This document shows, piece by piece, positions 1 through 8,988 of a stretch of 44,480 nucleotides of DNA (position 1 is the stretch's first letter; every line of letters starts with the position of its first letter). Under the pieces are notes generated by a model. It saw only the letters and a list, made by a program, of their open reading frames with translations, was not told the DNA's origin and made no database searches. Origin of the DNA: an uncultured Treponema sp. (GTDB taxonomy: Bacteria; Spirochaetota; Spirochaetia; Treponematales; Treponemataceae). Position numbers and translations under genes: made by a program. The stretch lies in assembly GCA_946185925.1 (NCBI GenBank), contig CAMHLH010000001.1, forward strand, positions 1 to 44,480, read 5' to 3'.

Positions 1-190
1 TACAATGTTTATTGTATTTACAATGTTTATTGTATTTACAATGTTTATTGTATTTTCTACAACCTTTTTTACAATATTTATTGTATTTTCTACAATCTTT
101 TTTATTGTATTTACAACAAATACAATAAATACAATAATTACAACATTTATTGTATTTACAACATTTATTGTATTTACAACATTTATTGTA
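1..190. repeat. AT-rich array of ~18-bp palindromic units (TACAAYRTTTATTGTATT); probable centromere (parS/parC) and par operator; continues across the circular junction
   Basis: Three exact tacaatgtttattgtatt copies at 1-54, then variants such as tacaacatttattgtatt up to 190. Each unit contains the inverted pair TACAA/TTGTA. The array ends 5 bp before the parA start codon. Confidence 0.85.
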
Positions 191-195
191 GAAAG

Positions 196-981
196 GTGAA
201 AAAATTGAAAACCATTGCCGTATCGATAGAAAAAGGCGGGAACGGGAAGACCACCATAGCCATGTCGCTCGCCGCGGAACTCGCGAAGACGCACAAAGTA
301 GTGCTGGTCGACGCGGACCCGCAGGGAAATTCCTCATCCACCCTGATCGACAGCCTCCAATACGAGCTGGCGGACGTCCTCACAGGAAAATGCTTCGCGA
401 AGAAGGCCATACTCGAGACCTCCGTGAAGAACCTCTACATACTCCCGACCGCCGGCCTCACCGACGTGGAGTCAGGGCTCAGGGACTACCGCGACAGGAA
501 CGCGCCCAGGGAACCGAACGTCTTCGAGGAGCTGCGCGAGGAATTCGAGAAGATGGGGTTCGAGTACTGCATCTTCGACACCAGCCCGGCCTTCGCGGCC
601 TTCGAGGAGAACATCTACCAGGCGACCGACGAGATTGTCGCGGTCATCAAGCCGGACCAGTATTCGCAGGACGGACTTGAGACGTTCAAGAACAACCTGA
701 GCAGCTTCTACCGAAGGAAGATGAAGAAGCGGGTGAAGCCGGTTCTCGAGACAGTCGTCATGAACGACGTCAACCGCTCGCACAAGATGACGAACGACCT
801 GCTCAAGCTCCTGAACGCCCAAAGCGCGTACAAGATAGTCACGGTCCCGACGGACCAGAATTTCAGGAAGGCCCAGATGGAGAAGAAGACCATACAGCAG
901 TTCTACTCCATGAAAGAGAACAGGGAAAAGAAGGCGACGCTCGAGGCCATAGCCAGGCTCGCCGAGATAATCGAGTCCTGA
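196..981 (+). CDS. parA: ParA/Soj family partition ATPase (type Ib, no N-terminal HTH)
   Basis: Deviant Walker A KGGNGKTT at the N-terminus, LVDADPQGN, Walker B IFDTSP. GTG start. 261 aa. Confidence 0.95.
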   Translation: MKKLKTIAVSIEKGGNGKTTIAMSLAAELAKTHKVVLVDADPQGNSSSTLIDSLQYELADVLTGKCFAKKAILETSVKNLYILPTAGLTDVESGLRDYRDRNAPREPNVFEELREEFEKMGFEYCIFDTSPAFAAFEENIYQATDEIVAVIKPDQYSQDGLETFKNNLSSFYRRKMKKRVKPVLETVVMNDVNRSHKMTNDLLKLLNAQSAYKIVTVPTDQNFRKAQMEKKTIQQFYSMKENREKKATLEAIARLAEIIES

Positions 982-997
982 GAGGGGGGAGGGTACA

Positions 998-1345
998 ATG
1001 GCGCTAAAAAAAATGGAGCCGGCCGTCGCGGCCGCGGAATCCAAGTCATCTCTGTCGCCGGAGCTGCTGAGCCAGTTCCAGAGCAACTTCAACGCAAGCG
1101 CGGACGACGTGCAGGCCCTGCCCGAGGATGATTCTGCGAAGGCCAGGAAGCCGAACTACAAGAACATCTTCAACGTCCACATGGGGACCGGGGAGAAGGT
1201 CCGCCTGAAAGCCTTCTGCGCGGCCAGGGAGGTGCCCATAAACACGTTTATCCTCTACGCGATCGAGCACCTGATCGAAGAAATCGAGGACGGCAAATGC
1301 ACCGTCTCAAAAAGCGGAATAAGGGCGACCAGAAAAGAGGTGTGA
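998..1345 (+). CDS. Small ribbon-helix-helix DNA-binding protein; probable type Ib centromere-binding partner (ParG/ParB-like)
   Basis: Directly follows parA with a GGGAGGG RBS. Flexible N-terminus, then FNVHM-GTGEKVRLKAFCAAREVPINTFILYAIEHLI (strand-helix-helix pattern). Confidence 0.7.
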   Translation: MALKKMEPAVAAAESKSSLSPELLSQFQSNFNASADDVQALPEDDSAKARKPNYKNIFNVHMGTGEKVRLKAFCAAREVPINTFILYAIEHLIEEIEDGKCTVSKSGIRATRKEV

Positions 1346-1348
1346 GGA

Positions 1349-2353
1349 ATGGGAAGAAAGAGGCTGCCTCCTGAAAACAACTACCCGGCGATTGGCGACG
1401 AGGCCACCAACGAGCTGTTCGCCTCTCTCAAGGCCGAGGAACCGCCGCCGGCCACTTACATGAGCTACATCCCCAGTTTCTTCACCACGGCATCCCTGCC
1501 TTTCAAGAACGTCAACAAGACGTCCTTCAGGAGGAAGGGAAGCAACGGCGTGACGCTGACCATCACTTCGCCCTTCAACGTCCCATTCGGGAAGTTCGGG
1601 CGGCTGCTGCTCAGCGTGCTGACAACGCACGCTGTCCTGTCGAAGAACAAGCGGGTGCCCGTCATGATAGAGTACAACGCCCTCGCAGACCTCCTCAGGG
1701 AGCTGCAGCTCCCGAAGCAGAGGGGCAGGGAGATCAGGGAGCAGCTAGAGTGCTTCAAGGGCGCCGCGTTCTGCTTCGAGCAGAGGATAGAGACCTTCCA
1801 GAAAAGGGAGTCGCTCAGGGGGATTCCCCTTGACTCTCTTTCGGAAGGGGACGTGAGGGTCGAGACGACGACCACCGGCAGCATACAGTTCACGAGCGGC
1901 ATCCAGTTCCAGAAAATCACCGACGACAGGAACGGCTCGTGGTTCGGCAACTTCAAGATAATCCTCTCCGCCGATTTCGCGGCCTTCTGCCAGTCGCACG
2001 CAGTCCCCATAAACTACTCCGTCTACAAGGAAATCTCCAGCGCGTCCGGAAAGGACATCTACGCATGGCTCGTCTACAGGAACAACGGCCTCAACGACAC
2101 CGGGAAGGCCTCCGTGTTCGTCTCCAGGGACAAGCTCGTGGAGCAGTTCATGTCTCTGGACAGCGAAAGCGGCGGAAGGCTCGTCAGCACCTACTACAGC
2201 CGCATATGCGACGAAATAAAGGAGATCAAGAGGAGGTACTACAAGGAGCTGAATGTTGACCTTTCCGATCCATCAGGCATAACCCTGTTCAAAAGTCCCA
2301 CGCCAGTCCTCAAGGAAGACACGAGGTACGCCCTGATAACCTCGACGATATGA
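1349..2353 (+). CDS. repA: Plasmid replication initiator, RepA_C (IncW RepA-like) family
   Basis: SLPF...VPFGKFGRLLLSVLTTHAV and DIYAWLVYR motifs typical of RepA_C proteins. Immediately followed by iterons and DnaA boxes. Confidence 0.85.
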   Translation: MGRKRLPPENNYPAIGDEATNELFASLKAEEPPPATYMSYIPSFFTTASLPFKNVNKTSFRRKGSNGVTLTITSPFNVPFGKFGRLLLSVLTTHAVLSKNKRVPVMIEYNALADLLRELQLPKQRGREIREQLECFKGAAFCFEQRIETFQKRESLRGIPLDSLSEGDVRVETTTTGSIQFTSGIQFQKITDDRNGSWFGNFKIILSADFAAFCQSHAVPINYSVYKEISSASGKDIYAWLVYRNNGLNDTGKASVFVSRDKLVEQFMSLDSESGGRLVSTYYSRICDEIKEIKRRYYKELNVDLSDPSGITLFKSPTPVLKEDTRYALITSTI

Positions 2354-2410
2354 CGCAATACTCCGGTGTCTTCTCGAACATCGTTCAAAGAATTGTTCAA
2401 AGAGTCGTTC

Positions 2411-2914
2411 AAAGGTAACAGTCTTGTTGTCGAATTTCCGAGTTATCCACAATTCCACACGGCCTATTATTAGTTTAAATACATATTTGTATTTATTAGA
2501 TATAATAGAAGAAACAACAAAACTGTTACCTTTTGCAACAAAACTGTTACCTTTGAAAAAAAATGTTCATTTTTCTTCTATAAAACACGAAAATTCGATT
2601 TTTTGAAATGTCAACAAAACTGTTACCTTTAAAACGGGTTATCCACATGAAAATGTGGATAACTTCAACAAGACTGTTACCTTTTGGGCGAGTTATCCAC
2701 AATCAATGTGGATAACTTTTTCCGATCCCTCCAGACGCGAAAAAAAGGCCTTTTCGGGCGTTCTGGACGCTCCGGCGCGAAATTATCCAAAAAATCCGGG
2801 AAAGACGCTGCAAGGGGCCTTTTTTTGCGTCTGGGAGGGTGTTTTTGGCCGTGCGTCCGCGGACCTGGGGGAGGCCTGATTCCGCGATGTATGGACAACA
2901 AGACTGTTACCTTT
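2411..2914. other. Replication origin: six 19-bp iterons, five perfect DnaA boxes and an AT-rich unwinding element
   Basis: Iteron CAACAARACTGTTACCTTT at 2411-2429 (inverted), 2515-2533, 2536-2554, 2612-2630, 2666-2684 and 2896-2914. TTATCCACA at 2443, 2639 and 2693; TGTGGATAA at 2654 and 2707. AT-rich tract at about 2465-2510. Confidence 0.93.
2727..2839. repeat. ~24-bp near-perfect inverted repeat inside the origin region
   Basis: ccctccagacgcgaaaaaaaggcc (2727-2750) versus ggcctttttttgcgtctgggaggg (2816-2839). Confidence 0.75.
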
Positions 2915-3115
2915 TTGTGGCCTTCCTCCCTGACTGTCCACCGGGTAGACAGAACCGCCGTTATCGGAAGTCGGCTTCGCGGCGGATTCGCGTTTTTTTT
3001 TATTGCGTTGCAGTTAATTCAACATAAACTTGCTTATATTAATTGTGAAGATGACGGAAACCTTTCTCCGCCATGCACTCTAGAACCATTTCGTCTAATT
3101 TCAAAGGAGCAGAAC

Positions 3116-3946
3116 ATGAAGTCAATCGAGAAGTCATCAATCGAATTCTACATCGAGGAAATCGGAAAAGAGGCGTGCTCGCCGCTCGATCTCAAGAACG
3201 AGGACGAACTCCTGAAGAAGGCGTCCGGCGGCGACGAGAAGGCGCGCGCGAGAATCATGAAGGCGAACCTCAGGTACGTGGTCTCGGTGGCGAAGAAGTA
3301 CGCGAGGGGGGCCGTCGAGCTCGACGACCTGGTGCAGGCGGGGAACGAGGCCCTCTTCGAGTCGTTCGGGACGTTCGACTACGACAAGTTCAAGAGGAGC
3401 GGCTGCTCCAGGTTCATCACGTACGCCGGAAGGAGAATCTGCCAGAAGATTGCGATGGAGGCGAAGGGCGGGCTCGACGTTTCGATGCCGGAGGGAAAGT
3501 TCAAGGACCTCAAGAGGCTCAGGAAGGCGGTGTCGGAGACGGAATGCGGCGACGAGGCGAAAGCTGTGGAGAAGGCCGCGGCGGCGCTCGGAATGAAGGG
3601 GAAGACCGCGCTCGGGCTGTACAGGACTGCCGAGAGAGCGGCCTCCCTGGAATATTCTGCGGAGGACGGGGGCAGGAGCCTTGAGGAGAGGATGCCGAGC
3701 GGGACTTTCGTCTCCCCGGACGAGGATGCGCTGATGAGGACGAACGCCGACCTTCTCCGTAAGCTCGTCAGGAAGCTCGGCCGCGTGGAGAAGAGTGTCA
3801 TCACGATGGCATACGGGCTCGACGGCGGTGAGCCGCTCAACTACCCCGCAATCGGCAGGGCCCTCGGCTACACGAGGGAGGGAATCAGGATCGTCCACAA
3901 CAGGGCGATAAGCCGGTTGAGGGAAGAGATGGGGCTGGCCGCCTGA
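3116..3946 (+). CDS. Sigma-70 family RNA polymerase sigma factor (RpoD/RpoS-like regions 1.2, 2, 3, 4; no region 1.1), divergent
   Basis: YIEEIG (1.2), ANLRYVVSVAKKY (2.1), DDLVQAGN (2.2), RFITYA (2.3), IGRALGYTREGIR (4.2). Start reassigned to ATG 3116 after an AAAGGAG RBS. Confidence 0.9.
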   Translation: MKSIEKSSIEFYIEEIGKEACSPLDLKNEDELLKKASGGDEKARARIMKANLRYVVSVAKKYARGAVELDDLVQAGNEALFESFGTFDYDKFKRSGCSRFITYAGRRICQKIAMEAKGGLDVSMPEGKFKDLKRLRKAVSETECGDEAKAVEKAAAALGMKGKTALGLYRTAERAASLEYSAEDGGRSLEERMPSGTFVSPDEDALMRTNADLLRKLVRKLGRVEKSVITMAYGLDGGEPLNYPAIGRALGYTREGIRIVHNRAISRLREEMGLAA

Positions 3947-3958
3947 CGGACAAGAAAG

Positions 3959-5377
3959 TCACTGGATTATGAACGGCTCGGTAGGAAGGAGCGGCTTTCC
4001 CGCGAAATTCCTCCAGCCGTTCTTTATCTCCTCCTCGCTGAAGAACGCTATGAACTTGCCGGTAGCCCTGTCAGTCTTCCCCGTCCTCTCGAGCACCCTG
4101 TCGAACGCGGACGAAATCTTCCTCGTGTCCGTCCTGCATATCGAGAAGACCATCTTCCTTATGGACTCGGAGAGCTTCTGCGGAACCGCGTCCCTGTCTA
4201 TCCTCTCGAAGTCTATCCACCTCTCGTAGAAATTCGGAATCACCGTGTCGATGAATTCCTTCTCGGAGTAGTCCCTTATCTCGAACACCTGGAAGCGGCT
4301 CAAGATGGCGGTCGGGATGTTCGCGGTGCTGTTCGCCGTCGCGATGTAGTTTATCCCCGACGCGTCCACGGGGACATCGAAGTAGTTGTCCCTGAAGTGC
4401 GACGCGGTCTCCCTCTCCAGAATCGAATAGAAGACGCCCTCGACCTCGTGCGTGCCGTTCAGCGGAATCTTGTCCATCTCGTCGAGTATGACGACGGGGT
4501 TCCGGAGCGGTCCCTCCTTTCCGTCGCCGAACATTGACTGCAGGACGAGGCCGCACTTGCTCTTCCTCCACGACATGTCGCTTCCCGTGAGCGTGAAGCT
4601 CGCCACGTCGTTCCCCAAATCCACGCGGAGCGGGTCGCGGTCGGAGACGATGCGCCCGAGCTCCCGCGCGAAGGAGCTTTTTCCGCAGCCCGGGCTCCCC
4701 ACGAGCAGTATCGGGCGGAAGGAAATCGCCTTGCTCTTCCTGAGCTTCGTCCTGACGAGCGACGCCCGGAAGTAGCGGAGCACCTCGCCCATGTTCGGGT
4801 AGGAGCGGCTGAGCTTCCCGAACTCCTTCGCCTTCTCGCTCGTGAGCACCGCCTCTCGCGGACGCCCGGAGAGCAGGCGCGCGACCGACTGTATCTTGTC
4901 CACGAGCCCGTCGCCGTTCGGTACCGACGCTATCTTCTTCTTCAAATCCTCCTCGTCGAACAGGACGTCCCCCTGGCCGCCGAACCAGCCCGGGATTCCG
5001 TCGCTTCCGAGGGCGTACACGCCGCACTTCTCCTCCCCGCACTTTGGGCAGGCGTCCGCGGCCGACGACGCGAGGAACATCGCCCTGCACGAGGGGCAGC
5101 GGAGGACCGCAGCCCAGCCCCTCTCTCCGCCGCCCTCACAGAACGAGGCGAATTTCCCGTCTCCTGAGAAGCAGAACCTCTTGGCCTCCGCCGAGGCGGT
5201 CTTTGGCAGCACGATGTCCGCCGTCTCGTAGATGTAGGCTCTCTGGGCTGGAAGGGAGAAGCAGGGGGACTTCTTCGTCGTCTGCCCCACCTTCTCCGGC
5301 ACGTATATGTATTCGATTCCGGCGGCGAGGAGGAACTGCGCCATCCTCCTCTGCGCCTCTGTCTGATATTTTTCCAT
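3959..5377 (-). CDS. Lon-type AAA+ ATPase lacking the protease domain, with N-terminal nuclease-like/Zn-ribbon region
   Basis: Walker A GSPGCGKS, NPVVILDEMDK, FRDNYFDVPVDAS, IATAN and ILSRF all follow the Lon AAA pattern. The protein ends without a Ser-Lys protease domain. CPSC...CPKC near the N-terminus. Start at 5377 (MEKYQ) chosen because a TATAAT lies just upstream. Confidence 0.8.
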   Translation of the reverse strand: MEKYQTEAQRRMAQFLLAAGIEYIYVPEKVGQTTKKSPCFSLPAQRAYIYETADIVLPKTASAEAKRFCFSGDGKFASFCEGGGERGWAAVLRCPSCRAMFLASSAADACPKCGEEKCGVYALGSDGIPGWFGGQGDVLFDEEDLKKKIASVPNGDGLVDKIQSVARLLSGRPREAVLTSEKAKEFGKLSRSYPNMGEVLRYFRASLVRTKLRKSKAISFRPILLVGSPGCGKSSFARELGRIVSDRDPLRVDLGNDVASFTLTGSDMSWRKSKCGLVLQSMFGDGKEGPLRNPVVILDEMDKIPLNGTHEVEGVFYSILERETASHFRDNYFDVPVDASGINYIATANSTANIPTAILSRFQVFEIRDYSEKEFIDTVIPNFYERWIDFERIDRDAVPQKLSESIRKMVFSICRTDTRKISSAFDRVLERTGKTDRATGKFIAFFSEEEIKNGWRNFAGKPLLPTEPFIIQ

Positions 5378-5548
5378 AGGGTGAGAATTATATAGGGAAT
5401 CGCGGAAAACTTCTTTGCGGTTTTTTCGGTCTGGACCGGCTTCCATTGCGTGAAGAAGGCTGAAACGACTTTTAAATTGGAATTTGTGCTATATTTTCCA
5501 ACTCAAAGACAAAAAGACAAGCAACTTGTGTTCACGGAGGAAACCAAC

Positions 5549-7174
5549 ATGAAAAACACAAAGAAGGGAAGGATGGCGGCGTCCATATTGTCCGCTCTCC
5601 TGTGCGCCGGGCTCGCGCTGTTCTCGGCCGGATGCGGCTCCGACAGCGACTCGTCGGAAAGCGGCACGGAGGAGGCTGTCGCGAAAGTATATCCAAGCGC
5701 AATCACGCTCGACAGGACGGAGCTCTCTCTTGATGTAAGCGACGATTCCACTACGAAGACTGCGACTCTCACAGCCACAATCGCGAACGCGAGCGAGGTA
5801 ACGAGCGGAAAGGACACAATCGAATGGACTTCCAGCGACACTAGCGTCGCGACAGTCTCGAACGGTGTCGTAACCGCAAAAAAGGCAGGAACAGCCACAA
5901 TCACGGCAGCCGCCAAGTACGGCAGCGCGAAGGCGACATGTGAGGTTACAGTGACGGGAACGGCATCTGGAAAGACAATTTCTCTGACGGACACGCCTGT
6001 GGGATACGCCAGCCTTAGCACAGACTTCTCGACAACAGGCGGAACCACGGTGACGACCCGCAAAGAGCTTCTTTCTGCCCTTTCGAATGGCGGAGTCATC
6101 ATCATCGACGGCATGATAGACATGAGCGAGGGAAAATTGTGGTCTAGCGGAAGCACCTCAATGTCAACGGCTCAAACTGCGCTGGATTCTTTCGTGAACT
6201 CGACAGTTTCAACATATTCAGACTATGCCGACTGGGTTGATAAATATACTGCGGCATGCTCTACAACTACAGAAGATGGAAAATCAAGTTCTGCGAACAG
6301 TTCTTTGTACGCTGATTTGTGGACGTTGAATGCAGCATACGGAAATCTCATTAAAGTTACGATCTCAAAAGACGGAACGACACTCATCGGAAAGGACGAG
6401 AACTCTGGAATCCGAGGCGGTTCGATTCAAATAAACGGCAAGAAGAACATCATAATCCGCAATCTTACGATTCAAGACCCATGCGACCCGTTCCCGCACC
6501 ATGAATCAGGTGACGGCTACAACGCCCAGTGGGACGGCATCTGCATTCAGGGAAGCAGCTCGTACATCTGGGTTGACCACTGCACTTTTGAGGACACGAT
6601 AACTCTTGAAAAAACGAAAAACACGACGAAAGAGAAATGGCAGATTTTCGACGGTCTCTGCGACATGAAAGGTGACTCCACGAACATCACCGTCTCAAAC
6701 TGCCACTTCAAGAACCACGACAAGACAATGCTCATCGGCTCTTCTGATTCGGACGGAGACAACACGAAGCGTTTTGTCTCTTTGATAGGAAACTATTTCG
6801 AGAATTGCGGTCAGCGCCTGCCTATGGTCAGAAATTCGACGATTCATGTTTTGAACAACTATTACACAACGTCAGGCTCTCCATATTCTTCACAGTCTTG
6901 CGTCAATGCTAGAAAGAACGCGATTGTGTATGCGGAGAACAACTATTTCGGCTCCGGCTGCAAATACTCGTTCAATGCAGCGTCCGGAGATTCGACTCCA
7001 GTCCTCCACGCAAGCGGAAACTCTGGAGAAAAGGCTTCTTCGACAAGCAACATTTCCGCAACTGATTCAACTTTGTTCAGCTCTCTGAATGTCTACACCT
7101 ACACCGCCGTAACAGCTGATGTGGCCAAGACGAATGCGGAAGAAAACGCTGGAGCAGGCTACTTGTTGAATTAG
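5549..7174 (+). CDS. Pectate lyase (PL1) lipoprotein with Ig-like (Big_2) domain
   Basis: GGAGG RBS. Lipoprotein signal LFSAG|C. Big_2 motif WTSSDTSVATVSNGVVTAKKAGTATIT. PL1 motifs NIIIRNL, WVDHC, DGLCD, KTMLIGSSD, QRLPMVR, HVLNNYY. Confidence 0.93.
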   Translation: MKNTKKGRMAASILSALLCAGLALFSAGCGSDSDSSESGTEEAVAKVYPSAITLDRTELSLDVSDDSTTKTATLTATIANASEVTSGKDTIEWTSSDTSVATVSNGVVTAKKAGTATITAAAKYGSAKATCEVTVTGTASGKTISLTDTPVGYASLSTDFSTTGGTTVTTRKELLSALSNGGVIIIDGMIDMSEGKLWSSGSTSMSTAQTALDSFVNSTVSTYSDYADWVDKYTAACSTTTEDGKSSSANSSLYADLWTLNAAYGNLIKVTISKDGTTLIGKDENSGIRGGSIQINGKKNIIIRNLTIQDPCDPFPHHESGDGYNAQWDGICIQGSSSYIWVDHCTFEDTITLEKTKNTTKEKWQIFDGLCDMKGDSTNITVSNCHFKNHDKTMLIGSSDSDGDNTKRFVSLIGNYFENCGQRLPMVRNSTIHVLNNYYTTSGSPYSSQSCVNARKNAIVYAENNYFGSGCKYSFNAASGDSTPVLHASGNSGEKASSTSNISATDSTLFSSLNVYTYTAVTADVAKTNAEENAGAGYLLN

Positions 7175-7209
7175 CCCCCCGCACCAAGCGTCGCGCGGCT
7201 TTTGCCGCG

Positions 7210-7255
7210 AATCCCCCGCGCACGGAATTTTCTCCGGCGGCGGGGGATTTTTTTT
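7210..7255 (+). terminator. Intrinsic terminator (member of a dispersed AATCCCCCG...CGGGGGATT family)
   Basis: aatcccccgc...gcgggggatt stem followed by a T-run, downstream of the PL1 gene. Confidence 0.8.
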
Positions 7256-7451
7256 CTCAACAAGGCAAAGCGTGGTATAATTTTGCGGTTCGTGGACAGG
7301 ATGGGAATCCGTTGCGGATTTGTGCTAGAAGCTGAATCTTGAATCAAGGTTTTTTCCGCTCGGCCAAATTATCATCGAAAAACGGGGACGGCCTTCCGGC
7401 TCGGAAAAGGAGGGCGGTTTCCGCAAGTCCACATATTCGGGGGCAGAGTGA

Positions 7452-8975
7452 ATGTCGAAAGCGAAATACGGAATCATTTTTGGTCTTCTGGCGGTTGGGC
7501 TCTCTTCGTGCGGCCCGTCCAATCGGCAGGCGGAAGGGGGCGCAGGAAACGGGAAGGTCTCGTTCATGCTCGTGGACACCAGCGGGAACCCGCTCGGCGG
7601 GGAGGGTGCCGGGAAAATCATAGAGAGGATGAACGAGTGGACGGGGGTGGACGTGGACTTCACGTTCGTCCCGACCGACCAGTATGACGGGAAATTCTCG
7701 GAGGCCCTCAAGTCCCCAAAGACGCTCCCCATGATGATGCACGTCAACAAAATGAACCAGGAAGTCGTGAAGGCCGCGAACGAGGGGCTCTTCTGGGACT
7801 TGAACGAGTTCATCTGGGACTCAGCCAAGTACCCGAACCTCTCGAAGGCGAACAGGAACGTGTGCAGGAGCCTTGAGGTGAACGGAAGGCTCGTCGGGCT
7901 CTACAAGGCGAGGGACATCGGCCGCAACGGGCTTTCGTACAGGACGGACTGGGCGGAGAGGCTGGGGCTTCCAGAGCCGAAGACCCCGGAGGACGTCTAC
8001 GACATGCTGAGGGCCTTCACCTACGGCGACCCCGACGGCAACGGAATCGACGACACATGGGGGCTCGCGATGTGCAACTACACGGGCCCGTTCGACATAA
8101 TCCAGACGTGGTTCGGCTGCGGAAACGGCTGGGCTGAGGAGAACGGAAAAATCGTCCCGGTGCACCAGACGGCGGCCTACAAGGACGCGCTCGACTGGAT
8201 GAGGGCGCTCTACAGCGAAGGCTTGATTCCGCGGGACTGGAGGGAGCGCGAGTCGAAGAAGTGGCAGGCGCAGGTCACAGGCGGCAAAGCCGGAGTCTTC
8301 ATCGACGTGATGGACGGCGGAAGGCGAATCTGGGACAACCTAGTGACGAACAAGGTTCCGTCGGTGTCGAATCCGGGAAAGGCCGCGGGGATGACGCTCA
8401 CGGGAAGCATAAACGGAGCCACGCTCGCCACGTCCGGCTACAACGGCTTCATCGTGGTGACGAAGAGCGCGAGTCGGGAGCAGGCGGAGAAATGCCTCCA
8501 CTACCTCGACAGGATGTGCGACGACGAGATGGTCGTCATGGCGGCCTACGGCATCGAGGGAATCCACTACGAGCTGAAGGACGGGAACATAGTCCGGGCG
8601 GCGGACCACAAGAAGACGTCCAGCGACTACAACGCCCTGAACCAGGCGCAGTGCTTCATCCCGAACGTGCTGAACAACGCCAAGCCGTCGCTGGTGCAGG
8701 ACGAGAGGAAGAAGAAGGAAATCCAGGTCATCAAGGACAACGAGAAGGTGGCGGTCTTCAACCCTGCCGTGTCCTACCTCGCGAATTCGCCGACGTACGC
8801 GAAGGAGGGGGGCAAGCTCGACAAGATAATCTCCGACGCGAGGACGCAGTACATCTGCGGGGAGATAAACGAGGCCGGGCTGCAGGACGCCTTCGACAAG
8901 TGGAACAAGGGCGGCGGCACGGCGGTGCTTTCCGAGGTGAACGAGCAGTACAGGGCCGAGAAGGAAAAGGAATAG
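7452..8975 (+). CDS. Extracellular solute-binding lipoprotein (family 1, LplA/YtcQ-like), probably binds acidic oligosaccharides
   Basis: Lipobox [46 protein letters not shown] and YGIEGIHY motifs typical of LplA-type SBPs. Confidence 0.88.
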   Translation: MSKAKYGIIFGLLAVGLSSCGPSNRQAEGGAGNGKVSFMLVDTSGNPLGGEGAGKIIERMNEWTGVDVDFTFVPTDQYDGKFSEALKSPKTLPMMMHVNKMNQEVVKAANEGLFWDLNEFIWDSAKYPNLSKANRNVCRSLEVNGRLVGLYKARDIGRNGLSYRTDWAERLGLPEPKTPEDVYDMLRAFTYGDPDGNGIDDTWGLAMCNYTGPFDIIQTWFGCGNGWAEENGKIVPVHQTAAYKDALDWMRALYSEGLIPRDWRERESKKWQAQVTGGKAGVFIDVMDGGRRIWDNLVTNKVPSVSNPGKAAGMTLTGSINGATLATSGYNGFIVVTKSASREQAEKCLHYLDRMCDDEMVVMAAYGIEGIHYELKDGNIVRAADHKKTSSDYNALNQAQCFIPNVLNNAKPSLVQDERKKKEIQVIKDNEKVAVFNPAVSYLANSPTYAKEGGKLDKIISDARTQYICGEINEAGLQDAFDKWNKGGGTAVLSEVNEQYRAEKEKE

Positions 8976-8988
8976 AAGGGGGAGAGAG

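Noticed and set aside
1..190. CRISPR array
   Set aside because: The units are contiguous 18-mers without unique spacers, and there are no cas genes. Position and palindromy fit a centromere/operator.
5..199. 64-aa ORF MFIVFT...
   Set aside because: It is only the translation of the 18-bp repeat.
2951..3001. Hairpin plus T-run upstream of the sigma gene as a copy-control RNA
   Set aside because: The stem is imperfect with a long loop and no promoter or target is evident. It may simply be a terminator insulating the origin.
2684..3115. 144-aa N-terminal extension of the sigma ORF
   Set aside because: It runs through iterons and DnaA boxes. A good RBS and sigma homology begin at 3116.
7360..7425. 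c-di-GMP-I riboswitch
   Set aside because: The resemblance is superficial: the stem around GAAA does not pair and the conserved GCAAA after GGGAC is missing.
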